This document shows, piece by piece, positions 17,288-26,258 of a stretch of DNA of 64,000 nucleotides. Within the stretch, counting starts at the first letter, position 1. Each line of letters opens with the position of its first letter. The stretch is taken from positions 1-64,000 of IMG/VR virus record IMGVR_UViG_3300031754_000002. One strand, written 5' to 3'. This stretch comes from a virus. Below the pieces are notes generated by a model. It saw only the letters and a program-made list of their open reading frames with translations. It ran no database searches and was not told the DNA's origin. Position numbers and translations under genes: made by a program.

Positions 17288-19432
17288 CTAGCCGCCTTCC
17301 ACATAGGCTTTGAACGCGAGAGCTTCGGGGTCCGGTGGATTACCGCCCTTCCCCTCCTGCGTATTCCCGTATGCTTGGCCGTCCTTGTTTTGCGCAAACC
17401 CTGTCTCGATCCCCGGCGCTCGACCGCTGCCAGTGGCTTCCCCGATCTGTCTCCCCTTTTCGAGCTTACTACCCACCCCGAGACCACCGGATGGCGCAAA
17501 ATCCTCGGCCGTATAGACGAACCGACCCTTCTGCTGTCCTGCCGTGAGTTCGTAGACCATCAGCGCACCTTCACCCGGCCAGCCCGAGTTCGTGCGCTGC
17601 AACCGAGTCACGACACCGCTGTCGAGCGCATACACGGGTGCTGGCCCACCAGTGAAGTCGAGGCCCTGGTCCGGCCCGGCATACGTGGCCTGCGGGCCGA
17701 TGAGCCGACTATAGCCACCCCCTCCTTCCGGTGCCGTCATGCTCGGCACGGACGCGTGTTCTGCCGGGGTACCTTCTTCGTTTTCCGGTATCGGTGCCGT
17801 GGGCGGCTCAAGGAGAAACTGTGTGAACTTGTCTTTGATATACAGCCGCGTCGTGTCCGTGATGATCTGCCGACCATTCAACGGCCCCGAGTTGATGAAG
17901 AAGAACACCTCGCCGGCACGGTACGCGGTTGGTTCGCAGATGAGGTTTAGGCGTATCTCTGACGGACTCTGCGGCTTCGATGTGCGAGAGCGGCGTTGGG
18001 TGCGACCTTTGACCTTGTGGTCCTGCAGGTATTCCAGCGTAGTCTGATCGTATGTGGCGTTTGCCGGAATCTGGATAACCCCGGTTTCGACCACTCTATG
18101 GCCCTGTTTGTCTTCGCGGTAGACCGTGTTCGCGGGCACGTCAATGTAGAGGCTCGGCTTCTGCTGCGCGAGTTCCAGTCCGTTCATGTAGTAGAAGGTG
18201 TGACCGTTTGTGAACGCAAACCAGTTCACCGCGCCGGCTAGACGCTCGATGCAATCCCAGGAGTTCTCATCCGGGTTCGTCGTTGTCCCGCGAGCGACTT
18301 CGCCCTGCTTGCTCTGCGTCGGCGAACCCCCAGCAGTCGCTTTCACGCCACCATACGCCGTGATGATGGCCTGAGCCTCTTTCACCCACGGCCCGTAATT
18401 TGACGCGCCTTCGGATGATGCCCCAGCGCCGCTGGCCTGCTCTTCCTGGGCGATTTTCCAGGCTGGGTAAGTCGGGTGGGCTTTAGCGAGCGAGATCATG
18501 CCACCCTTACCCGACGCCCCCGGATCGTTCAACACGGCATCGACCTGCTGCCCGACATTCCCAGCTTCGACGTTCAAGCCTTTCGCGGTCGCTCCTTCAA
18601 ACTGGAGCAGACCACCACCTTCGGCACCGGGCCGGAATTCGCTCTCCACGATACACGCCACGATCAATGCTTCCGTGGCGAGCTGCCCAGCCTTCAACCC
18701 GTTGGCGATCCCCATAACTTCGTTTATGGTGGCGAGCTGTTCGCTGTCGGCCTTCACGCCCTTGACCGTCACACCCGCACCAGCACTGATACCGCCAGTC
18801 TTGTTGGCGGTCGCCTTCGCTGCTGCTTCGCCTTCAGGCGTCAGGACCGTTGAGACGGCTTGGATTGCCGCCTGCGCCGCATCGAAGGCTTCTTCCCCCA
18901 CTTTCAGTGCAAGGTGTATCGCAGTGATCTCCGCATCGAGTTTCGCCGCGGCGCCTGTCGCGGAGGGGCAGATAAACCGTATGGGCGCTTCTCCGAACAA
19001 CGGGGGTTCCCCCACCAGTTCCTTAATGAAGTTGGCGCGAATGTTGAAGCCCGGCGCAGCGCGCTTACTGCCCCAGCGGTTCTTCAACTCCCTGACAATC
19101 TTGTCCTCAAACGTCAGCCGGAGATTCGGCTGCGCTAGATCATTAGTGACTTCGCAGGCACACAGTAGCCACAGCCACCCCGAATGTTCGGGAAATTCAA
19201 CTTCGATCTCGGGCAGCAATCCTTCGGGGTTCAAATCTACGATCCCGGAGGTTGCGATCTCCCATTGCGGGTCACCCAAATGCACGATAATGAACGATGC
19301 GCCCTTGATCTGCGTGCGGACTTCGACCTCGCAGATAGCTTCCGCAAGTTCCTCGCGCCCCTTTTCATTTACCATGTGCTTCGCTAGGAAATGCGCGACC
19401 GTCGTCGCGGACGGACTAATCACGTTACCCAT
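17288..19432 (-). CDS. Baseplate hub with lysozyme-like and M23-like peptidoglycan hydrolase domains
   Basis: IVACIVESEF; DQGLDF...VYALDSGVV...GRQIG; gene position. Confidence 0.7.
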   Translation of the reverse strand: MGNVISPSATTVAHFLAKHMVNEKGREELAEAICEVEVRTQIKGASFIIVHLGDPQWEIATSGIVDLNPEGLLPEIEVEFPEHSGWLWLLCACEVTNDLAQPNLRLTFEDKIVRELKNRWGSKRAAPGFNIRANFIKELVGEPPLFGEAPIRFICPSATGAAAKLDAEITAIHLALKVGEEAFDAAQAAIQAVSTVLTPEGEAAAKATANKTGGISAGAGVTVKGVKADSEQLATINEVMGIANGLKAGQLATEALIVACIVESEFRPGAEGGGLLQFEGATAKGLNVEAGNVGQQVDAVLNDPGASGKGGMISLAKAHPTYPAWKIAQEEQASGAGASSEGASNYGPWVKEAQAIITAYGGVKATAGGSPTQSKQGEVARGTTTNPDENSWDCIERLAGAVNWFAFTNGHTFYYMNGLELAQQKPSLYIDVPANTVYREDKQGHRVVETGVIQIPANATYDQTTLEYLQDHKVKGRTQRRSRTSKPQSPSEIRLNLICEPTAYRAGEVFFFINSGPLNGRQIITDTTRLYIKDKFTQFLLEPPTAPIPENEEGTPAEHASVPSMTAPEGGGGYSRLIGPQATYAGPDQGLDFTGGPAPVYALDSGVVTRLQRTNSGWPGEGALMVYELTAGQQKGRFVYTAEDFAPSGGLGVGSKLEKGRQIGEATGSGRAPGIETGFAQNKDGQAYGNTQEGKGGNPPDPEALAFKAYVEGG

Positions 19433-20255
19433 TGGTTAGATGATGCAACGCATTGTAGGGGATATAGACGCGTGTCCCGACCGGAAGTTCCTTTCTGGGG
19501 TCGCTACCGATCTTCTTGTTTCCTCGATTGTTTTGGAGGATTTCTTGGGCCGTTGCCGCCGTCTTTGTGTATCGAATCGCTATCCGGTTTATGGTATTCA
19601 ATGCGCTTGTGGTGCTGACGATCATTCCACCGCCCTGATTGCGTGCCCGGAATCGCACGCTCGGCGAATCAAAGCTCGTGCCGGGACTTTCCACATGCTG
19701 CCGAACAAATACCACCGCAAGTTGCCGAACCCGCGCCCCTCCCGTATCACGTTTGCAGCCCGTTTCCGTTTTGTCATACTGAATGTTAGTGATGACCCAT
19801 CGCAGGCTTTGGAACTGAATCGGCATCAATGCGACGTTCTTTGACCCATCCGTGGTGTGTATCTCAAGCAACGGCGAATCACCGAGAGCATCATGCCCCG
19901 GATGACCCGTAAACACGCCGCCCGCTACACCTCCTTTATGCCCTAGCGCGATGCGGCCCCTGCCCGCCATCCATTCAAGCTTCTGAATTTCGCGCTCCAC
20001 ATCCATACGCGGCGGTTTTTCCAACAGCGCCTCAAACCGGACCGGGATTTCCATTTCGATCGGTGGATACGTCTGTAGGGTCGTCAACCCCACGCGCTGC
20101 GCACGGGGGAGCGTCACCCATTCCGGCCAGCCCGCTATTGGTGTAGGAGCACCTTCACCCGCGAGGACCGTAACGGTTTGTTCTTCTGGCGGCTTTCCTT
20201 TCTTACCGTTTGTCAACGTGCCGACGAACACGATGAACTGCGCCTGGATCGTCAT
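19425..20255 (-). CDS. Tail tube initiator/LysM-like baseplate protein
   Basis: Follows tape measure; C-terminal TINRIAIRY...EILQNN...LPVGTRVYIP. Confidence 0.7.
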   Translation of the reverse strand: MTIQAQFIVFVGTLTNGKKGKPPEEQTVTVLAGEGAPTPIAGWPEWVTLPRAQRVGLTTLQTYPPIEMEIPVRFEALLEKPPRMDVEREIQKLEWMAGRGRIALGHKGGVAGGVFTGHPGHDALGDSPLLEIHTTDGSKNVALMPIQFQSLRWVITNIQYDKTETGCKRDTGGARVRQLAVVFVRQHVESPGTSFDSPSVRFRARNQGGGMIVSTTSALNTINRIAIRYTKTAATAQEILQNNRGNKKIGSDPRKELPVGTRVYIPYNALHHLTNG

Positions 20256-21847
20256 CGTCTTGCGGCCATCCGTGTTGTTTCGTGCGCGACCTCTTCCGAC
20301 AGGCGTCGTCTCGCGTGGGGGTCTTGGGCAACCGCCTCGGCTAGCTGACGGCCATTCATCTCCACATGCACATGGATCGGCGGCCCCGGCAATGTTTCTC
20401 CCGGATGAACGCGTACCATATGATGAAGGAGCCGGTCAAATACTTCTACCTCACCGCTCCCTACAACTGCTTTTCCCCCGAGATGCGTTCCTCCCATTGC
20501 ATTGATGCCCCATTCGCCCTTACGGCCCGGCTTGAGTTCACCATGTTCTACACGCATACCAGCCATGCTACCTCCACCAGCGATGGCCGCCGTAGATTCT
20601 GCTAGCGAATGCTGCTTCAGAAAGCCTGGGAAAACCGCTTCGATGGCTTCGTGAATGGCCTTGCCGAGCCCCAACACGAGTGCCGCCCCAAAGCCGACCG
20701 CGAGTGCCGCGCCAAGGTTCCCACCGGCGACCCCGAAGGCCGCCCTCTCGCCGCCAATCGCCGCCGCCGATCCCCCGACGACACCCGCTAGCCCACGAAT
20801 CGCATTAGCGAATGCTGTAATCTTGCCGACTGCCCAGAACGCCGCGAGACCGCCCAGCACCAATTCTAGGGCTTTTACTGCGCCAATGTTCTTTTCCACC
20901 CATTGCCATACGCTTTTGAGACCGTAAAAGATGCCTTCCAAGTCTTTTGCTAGATGCCCCCATGTGCCGTGACCCTTCTCCACTTCCAGGATCAGCTTTG
21001 AGAACCAACCCGTGACTGCTGTCACCACGGGGATCAGCTTCATGCCAAGCGTGAACTCCAGCCCTTCCCATGCCATTTTGCCTTCATCCTGCTTTTCCTT
21101 CAATTCCTCCAGCGCCTTGACGCCTTCGCCTTTCAATGTCGGAAAGAACTTTTTCGCCATCTGATCAAAGTGGTTCAGGCTCAACGCGCCTTTGTCCAGC
21201 ACTGGCAGCATTGCCGTCCCACCGCGCCCAAACAACTGCACCGCCAAACGCGTCTTCTGCGCCCCATCCGTCATCCCTTCAAACTTCTTGGTTATCAGTT
21301 CAAACTTGGCCTGTTCGTTTAGCTTCCCAAAGTCCTTGACGTTGATCCCGAGTTCCTTGAACGCATTCGCCTGCACGCCAAGCAACGAAGTGTAAACCTT
21401 GCCTTTTTCAGCCGCCTTCGCCTGACCCGTCGCAAACGTGTGTTCCTGCCGTTCCGCTAGCTGTATGTTCTTCGCTAGGAACTTGAACGCGTTCCCGCCA
21501 GCTTCCGCACCGATACCACGTGCCTTCAACGCCGCCGTATAATCGAGCGATGACTGAGCGCCTATCCCCGTGATCGCATGGAACTTCTCGGTTTCCGTGG
21601 CGACTTCCGAAGTCTTCGAGATGACGCTCTCAAGACCTAGCCCGATGCCGCTGATCCCGATAGCGCCCAGGCCCATCCCGATCATGCCTTTGAGACCGCC
21701 GAAGGATTTCCCCAAACCCTTAACACTGGAGTCGAGCTTCTTGAGCTTTCCTTCGGAGTGCTCCGACTCTTCCCCCGCACGGTGAAGGACTTTCACCGAT
21801 CCGTGATCATCGATGATTAGGCTCACGCGGACTTGTCTGTCGGGCAC
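20252..21847 (-). CDS. Tape measure protein
   Basis: Ala/Gly-rich helical sequence, AVQLFGRGGTAMLPVL; follows the tail chaperone region. Confidence 0.85.
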   Translation of the reverse strand: MPDRQVRVSLIIDDHGSVKVLHRAGEESEHSEGKLKKLDSSVKGLGKSFGGLKGMIGMGLGAIGISGIGLGLESVISKTSEVATETEKFHAITGIGAQSSLDYTAALKARGIGAEAGGNAFKFLAKNIQLAERQEHTFATGQAKAAEKGKVYTSLLGVQANAFKELGINVKDFGKLNEQAKFELITKKFEGMTDGAQKTRLAVQLFGRGGTAMLPVLDKGALSLNHFDQMAKKFFPTLKGEGVKALEELKEKQDEGKMAWEGLEFTLGMKLIPVVTAVTGWFSKLILEVEKGHGTWGHLAKDLEGIFYGLKSVWQWVEKNIGAVKALELVLGGLAAFWAVGKITAFANAIRGLAGVVGGSAAAIGGERAAFGVAGGNLGAALAVGFGAALVLGLGKAIHEAIEAVFPGFLKQHSLAESTAAIAGGGSMAGMRVEHGELKPGRKGEWGINAMGGTHLGGKAVVGSGEVEVFDRLLHHMVRVHPGETLPGPPIHVHVEMNGRQLAEAVAQDPHARRRLSEEVAHETTRMAARR

Positions 21848-21872
21848 CGTGACCTCCCTATGCTAAGCTATC

Positions 21873-22457
21873 TTGATGCCGGGGAAACCCGAATACAGCA
21901 GGGAGGGTCCATGTCGCGCACCGGCTTGCAAACGCTCGCGCCACGCCAAGGGTCTTTGCGTCGGGCATTACGAGCAAGCCAAGCGCGGTGTTCCGTTTGG
22001 TCCTATAGCCTCACGAGATGGCACGCGCCTGAATGTAATGAAGCCATGCCGCTTCCCACGCTGTGACCGTCTCCGTTTTGCCGGCGAACTATGCAACGGA
22101 CACTATGCGCAGCAGCAAAAGGGACAAGTTCTGAAACCACTCAAACCGAAGGGCCGTAAGAAGGGCACCGGGAGCATAAAAGACGGCTACCATTACATCT
22201 CGGTGGGCTCCGGTGGCCGCCACAAAGTCTTTACGCACCGACGCGTCATGGAAGAACACCTCGGACGGACCCTTTCGCCCGATGAGAAGGTCCATCACAT
22301 CAACGGCGTCAGGGACGATAACCGCATCGAGAATCTAGAGCTATGGCTCAGCAAGGGGGGACACAAACCTGGGGCGCGGGTCGAGGATCGTGTCCGGGAC
22401 GCACTGGATATCCTGCGCCGCTATGCCCCTGATCACTTGACTCGCAAGATGCGCTAG
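21873..22457 (+). CDS. HNH homing endonuclease with Zn-finger repeats
   Basis: HRRVMEEHLGRTL...VHHINGVRDDNRIENLEL. Confidence 0.9.
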   Translation: MMPGKPEYSREGPCRAPACKRSRHAKGLCVGHYEQAKRGVPFGPIASRDGTRLNVMKPCRFPRCDRLRFAGELCNGHYAQQQKGQVLKPLKPKGRKKGTGSIKDGYHYISVGSGGRHKVFTHRRVMEEHLGRTLSPDEKVHHINGVRDDNRIENLELWLSKGGHKPGARVEDRVRDALDILRRYAPDHLTRKMR

Positions 22458-22885
22458 CTCACCTCGAAGTCTCGTTCGCGGAACGCCTCCGCTACAGCCA
22501 CCCCCTCAAGCCGCTCGATATTCCGCGCGTTCTTGACCACCGAGCGCCAGAGAAACGGATGACGAGGCTGCTCAACCCACACATCTGAGTTGAACACCGG
22601 GTGCCGGAAGGAGTCGGGCTTGCTACGCCCCTTGTTGCCCTCCTCGTACAGGCCCGCTATAGGCGTTTCGGCGTCACCAGCCCGTACCGTCAACCGGGTT
22701 TTCGTCACCCGCAGCTTGATCGTAGGAGGGATGCTTTTGGAGTGCTCCGAAGCCATTAGCTTCGCGTCATCGACAATCAGCCCACCGGCCACGCGGAGAG
22801 CTTTGTGGAGTTGCTTGTCGGGCTTCCATGCCTTGAAATCGCGGGTGAGCTTGCGAAGCTGCGTCGTGTCGATGCCGTCAGCCAT
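22454..22885 (-). CDS. HK97 gp10-like neck/tail completion protein
   Basis: LRKLTRDFK...LYEEG...RHP...PRHPFLW. Confidence 0.7.
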   Translation of the reverse strand: MADGIDTTQLRKLTRDFKAWKPDKQLHKALRVAGGLIVDDAKLMASEHSKSIPPTIKLRVTKTRLTVRAGDAETPIAGLYEEGNKGRSKPDSFRHPVFNSDVWVEQPRHPFLWRSVVKNARNIERLEGVAVAEAFRERDFEVS

Positions 22886-23533
22886 GCGCACTCCGTTCCC
22901 GTTCGCGTAGCTCAATCCGGCGCCGTTGAACAGTGTCCGCGACCTCCTCAACGAACAACGCATAGGTCGGGTCAGGGTCATCGAACAGCCTGCCTAGGTC
23001 CATGCGAACGTCTTCCAAACAGCAAAAGGCGGCCAGCTCGACTAGCGAGTGGCCGCCCCTTAGTTTTCCGCTAGTTCACCGTCGATCTCGTCATCGGCCG
23101 CAAGCTGTAGGGCTGATAGCTGCTCCACATGCGCCATCAATGACAGTTGCGAAGGGAAGATCAGGAAGATAGCCTGCCGGTCTGTCTCGGCACCGTCCTG
23201 CCCGAGGTAGTCCGCTAGGGCCTTCCCGAGCTTCAACGGTGTCTCACCGTCCTTGACAGGCACCACCTGGCCGTCCACATGCGCGTCCACACCAACACAA
23301 GCCCGCACGAGCATGTCCGCTGCCGCGTCAAGTTCCCTCGCTGGGACGCTAGGCCCTTTGACGCCTAGCCCGATCTGCCGACGCTCCACATAATCCAGGT
23401 TGCGGTAGCGAGCAACAAGCTGACCGCCGTAGCCGGGGATTGGCAGTTCCTCGATGTGCTCGGCTTGTTTCGTTGCCCTCGCGGCACGCAGCCTATCGCG
23501 TAGCGAGCCCTCCAGCGGCATACCTTCGTCCAT
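22878..23533 (-). CDS. Tail assembly chaperone (23060-23533) with -1 frameshift extension to 22878
   Basis: GCG GAA AAC TAA slippery GGAAAAC; the -1 frame stays open (KLRGGHSLVELAAFCCL...RSAHG*). Confidence 0.75.
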
Positions 23534-23562
23534 CGCTCCTCCTCCGATTTGCTAGTGATTCT

Positions 23563-23982
23563 CTACGCAATTTCGCCGTTTAGTCCCAAAATCAGAGACC
23601 ATTTAGCCTCTTCTGATTTCCCAGCCTGATAGTTCGGCCGCGTCGAGGAAGTCACAATCCCCGTGTAAGAGATCACTGGCCCTATCGGTTCCTTGTTGGC
23701 GTTCGTGAGCTGGTAGGACACTTTGCCTTCAAGACTGCCGACTTTCGGGAAGACAGTCTTGTACGCCACGATCAGCAGGTCCGACCACGGCCGCGCCACT
23801 GTCAGAGGGCTTGGCTTCGCAAACCCCCCCAGCTCGGACACGGGCCTTGAGCCACCGGGAAACGCTTGCACTGATTCCGATACCGGGTCGCCGCCCTCTA
23901 GCATCGCCCACGGTTCGTGGTCGATCGGGACGCCCGTGAGTTCCACATAGATCAATGCTTGGTCGCTACGGAGAATAGGGAT
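23563..23982 (-). CDS. Tail tube protein, probable ATC start
   Basis: Between sheath and chaperone; frame opens ATC CCT ATT CTC CGT AGC GAC CAA after GAAGGTGA. Confidence 0.75.
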   Translation of the reverse strand: MPILRSDQALIYVELTGVPIDHEPWAMLEGGDPVSESVQAFPGGSRPVSELGGFAKPSPLTVARPWSDLLIVAYKTVFPKVGSLEGKVSYQLTNANKEPIGPVISYTGIVTSSTRPNYQAGKSEEAKWSLILGLNGEIA

Positions 23983-24003
23983 TGCTACTCACCTTCCCTT
24001 CGA

Positions 24004-25482
24004 CTAGACGGGTTCTGCGACCGAGCTGGACACGATCGTCAAATTGATTGCTTCGGCGTATGGAGAGAGCCGTACGCGAAGTTCGGCGTTCAACTGACCT
24101 TCGGACTGCGTTGTCAGCGTATTGACGGGTTCCGCGAGATTTACGAGAAACGCTTCCTGCGCGGTTTCGCCAAACAGGGCTTTCAGGTTGTACTGCCTGA
24201 GGAGCATTGCCTGCAGGGCGTTCTGGAATGCGCTGAATAGCTGCTTGCGTCCGTCGATCGGGAGGAACAGGAAGCCCTCAGCGACTTCTTCCGCCGCCCA
24301 CACTAGGTGCATTCGCTCACGTGATGCGGAGAACTGGCAGAAAATCTTGTCCGTCGTGCGCGGTAGCGCAGACACGAAGTCGTAGAGCACGAGTTTGGTC
24401 TGGCGTTCCGCGAACGGGTTGATCCCGTTTTCCGCCAACAGTTCCATGTTGGTCTTCGAGAAGGTGTTTGTAAAGCCCGTCACGACTCCCGCTAGCCCCT
24501 GTCCCGCACCTGTCCACTGCACGCCAGCGGGTGCCTGGTTGTCGTTTTCGGTCTTCGCTACCTGAGCGCACAATCCAGCGGCAATAACCGATGCCGGGAT
24601 CGTGCGTGTCGTGCCGAGCGTCACGCCTGCGATGACACAGGAGCTTGAGAAGAACGCCATGTAGCCCGCAATCCCCGCCGCATACGTTTTCTTGTTGCCG
24701 ATCAATGTTGCCGTGACTGCGGAGTCCGCGATATCGCAGAGCGCCACACGGTTCGTTTTCAGGCTGTGTTCACCCATGAGGATATGGACTTTTTCTTCCA
24801 CGGGTTCACCGGCAGTGGCAGGAATGAGCACCTGTCCAGGACCGAGCGTTTTCGGCAGCAGTTCCAGGGCTTCTTTGACAAGCGCTTCCGTAATCGTTGC
24901 TGACGGGTTCACGCCACCTTCGAGTTTTTTCGCGGCGAGTTTTTCGAGTTTTTCCGTTTTGCCTTCCGCGTATTTCGTGCCTTCTTCGTAGATCACGTAA
25001 GGTGAGGTAAGGCCGATAAGCTGCTTGGCTTCTTTGAGTAGCCCTGTCGTTTCGAGCACTTCCGAGGCAGCGTTCAGAATGACGACTTCATATTCCGCGC
25101 CAGATTCCTTGACTTCGACCTGGAGTTTATTGCCGAGCGTACCCACATACTTCGCCACGACTTTGATCGCTTCGGCATGAGCCGCCGCTTTCAACTGGGC
25201 AGCGGGTTCCGCACGTTTCCCCGACGCTTCTTTACCCACCCGCAGAAAGTAGCACCGCGCGCCGTTCAGGTTGAAGAATGTGCTCACCGCATCAAACGAC
25301 ACGCTAGAGGTCGCAGTCCGTTCCCCATACAGGCTGACGTAGGCAGCTTCGCTCCCAATCAACTGTGGCGTCGATGGCCCCGAGTCAGTCAAGCCCAGGA
25401 TGAACGCAGTGCCGGTCTGGATGGATACCCCAGCGGACCCGGCCGTCTCACTTGTCGCTACTGCTATGCCCAATTTGCCCAT
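24004..25482 (-). CDS. Tail sheath protein
   Basis: TGTAFILGLTDSGP, NRVALCD, PASVIAAGL, ENGINPF, RLSPYAEAI. Confidence 0.9.
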   Translation of the reverse strand: MGKLGIAVATSETAGSAGVSIQTGTAFILGLTDSGPSTPQLIGSEAAYVSLYGERTATSSVSFDAVSTFFNLNGARCYFLRVGKEASGKRAEPAAQLKAAAHAEAIKVVAKYVGTLGNKLQVEVKESGAEYEVVILNAASEVLETTGLLKEAKQLIGLTSPYVIYEEGTKYAEGKTEKLEKLAAKKLEGGVNPSATITEALVKEALELLPKTLGPGQVLIPATAGEPVEEKVHILMGEHSLKTNRVALCDIADSAVTATLIGNKKTYAAGIAGYMAFFSSSCVIAGVTLGTTRTIPASVIAAGLCAQVAKTENDNQAPAGVQWTGAGQGLAGVVTGFTNTFSKTNMELLAENGINPFAERQTKLVLYDFVSALPRTTDKIFCQFSASRERMHLVWAAEEVAEGFLFLPIDGRKQLFSAFQNALQAMLLRQYNLKALFGETAQEAFLVNLAEPVNTLTTQSEGQLNAELRVRLSPYAEAINLTIVSSSVAEPV

Positions 25483-25514
25483 GCGATCCTCCTGGGTATG
25501 ATGGTCCCGCTGGC

Positions 25515-26186
25515 TTAGAGCGGCGTGGTTACGGGTTCGCCCTTGACGGTCACAGTCTCAGTTTTCGCTTCGGGGTTATCCTTGAACGGTTCTTCCGGCC
25601 CGCCATAGCCGGGTGATTCCTTCGGCGTCGGTCCGCGCGGGCCACCGTTTTCGAGGACGATCCCAACAACCCACGCCTCAAAGCCCGTCACGACCTGTGC
25701 TATCGCGCGTCGGTCAGGGTCATAGAGGCTCGGGTCGGGTGCGGAGGTCATCCACAATCGCTCCGCTAGACCACCAAGCGTTGATTGATGCACAAGCAGC
25801 ATTGAGGCAGCACCAAGATAGGAGGCGATGATCCGCGCGTCATCCTCTTGACGTTCGGCGAACAAGCCACCTGGGCCTATGCAGAGACATCCAACCTCGA
25901 TGCTGTAGCCCTGTGTGTAACCCGTTGCTGGGTCAATCTCCGGTGAGCCAGTGGGTTTGACCACAACCATCACCTCGGGACTCTCCGAGCCTATCCATGA
26001 GTCAAAATCGAGCCCCCCGTGATAGCTCTCAGGCGTCGGGGGACGAGGGATTCTGCGGTGCTGAATGCCTGCTTTCCGCTCCTGCTCCGCCAAGTATTCT
26101 GGCATCCACAGGCGCAGAGTGCTGACCGTCGCCTGGGTAACGTCCTCCGGCGTGACGAGCGGCCCGAACTGGTTGAGACTCGGCAT
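25515..26186 (-). CDS. Tail terminator-like protein
   Basis: Position directly upstream of sheath; size. Confidence 0.6.
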   Translation of the reverse strand: MPSLNQFGPLVTPEDVTQATVSTLRLWMPEYLAEQERKAGIQHRRIPRPPTPESYHGGLDFDSWIGSESPEVMVVVKPTGSPEIDPATGYTQGYSIEVGCLCIGPGGLFAERQEDDARIIASYLGAASMLLVHQSTLGGLAERLWMTSAPDPSLYDPDRRAIAQVVTGFEAWVVGIVLENGGPRGPTPKESPGYGGPEEPFKDNPEAKTETVTVKGEPVTTPL

Positions 26187-26258
26187 CGTACCCTCCCCCC
26201 GTCACTGCTTCTTCGACGACATCCTCCACCCCAATGATCGAGCCGAACGGGTCTATGG

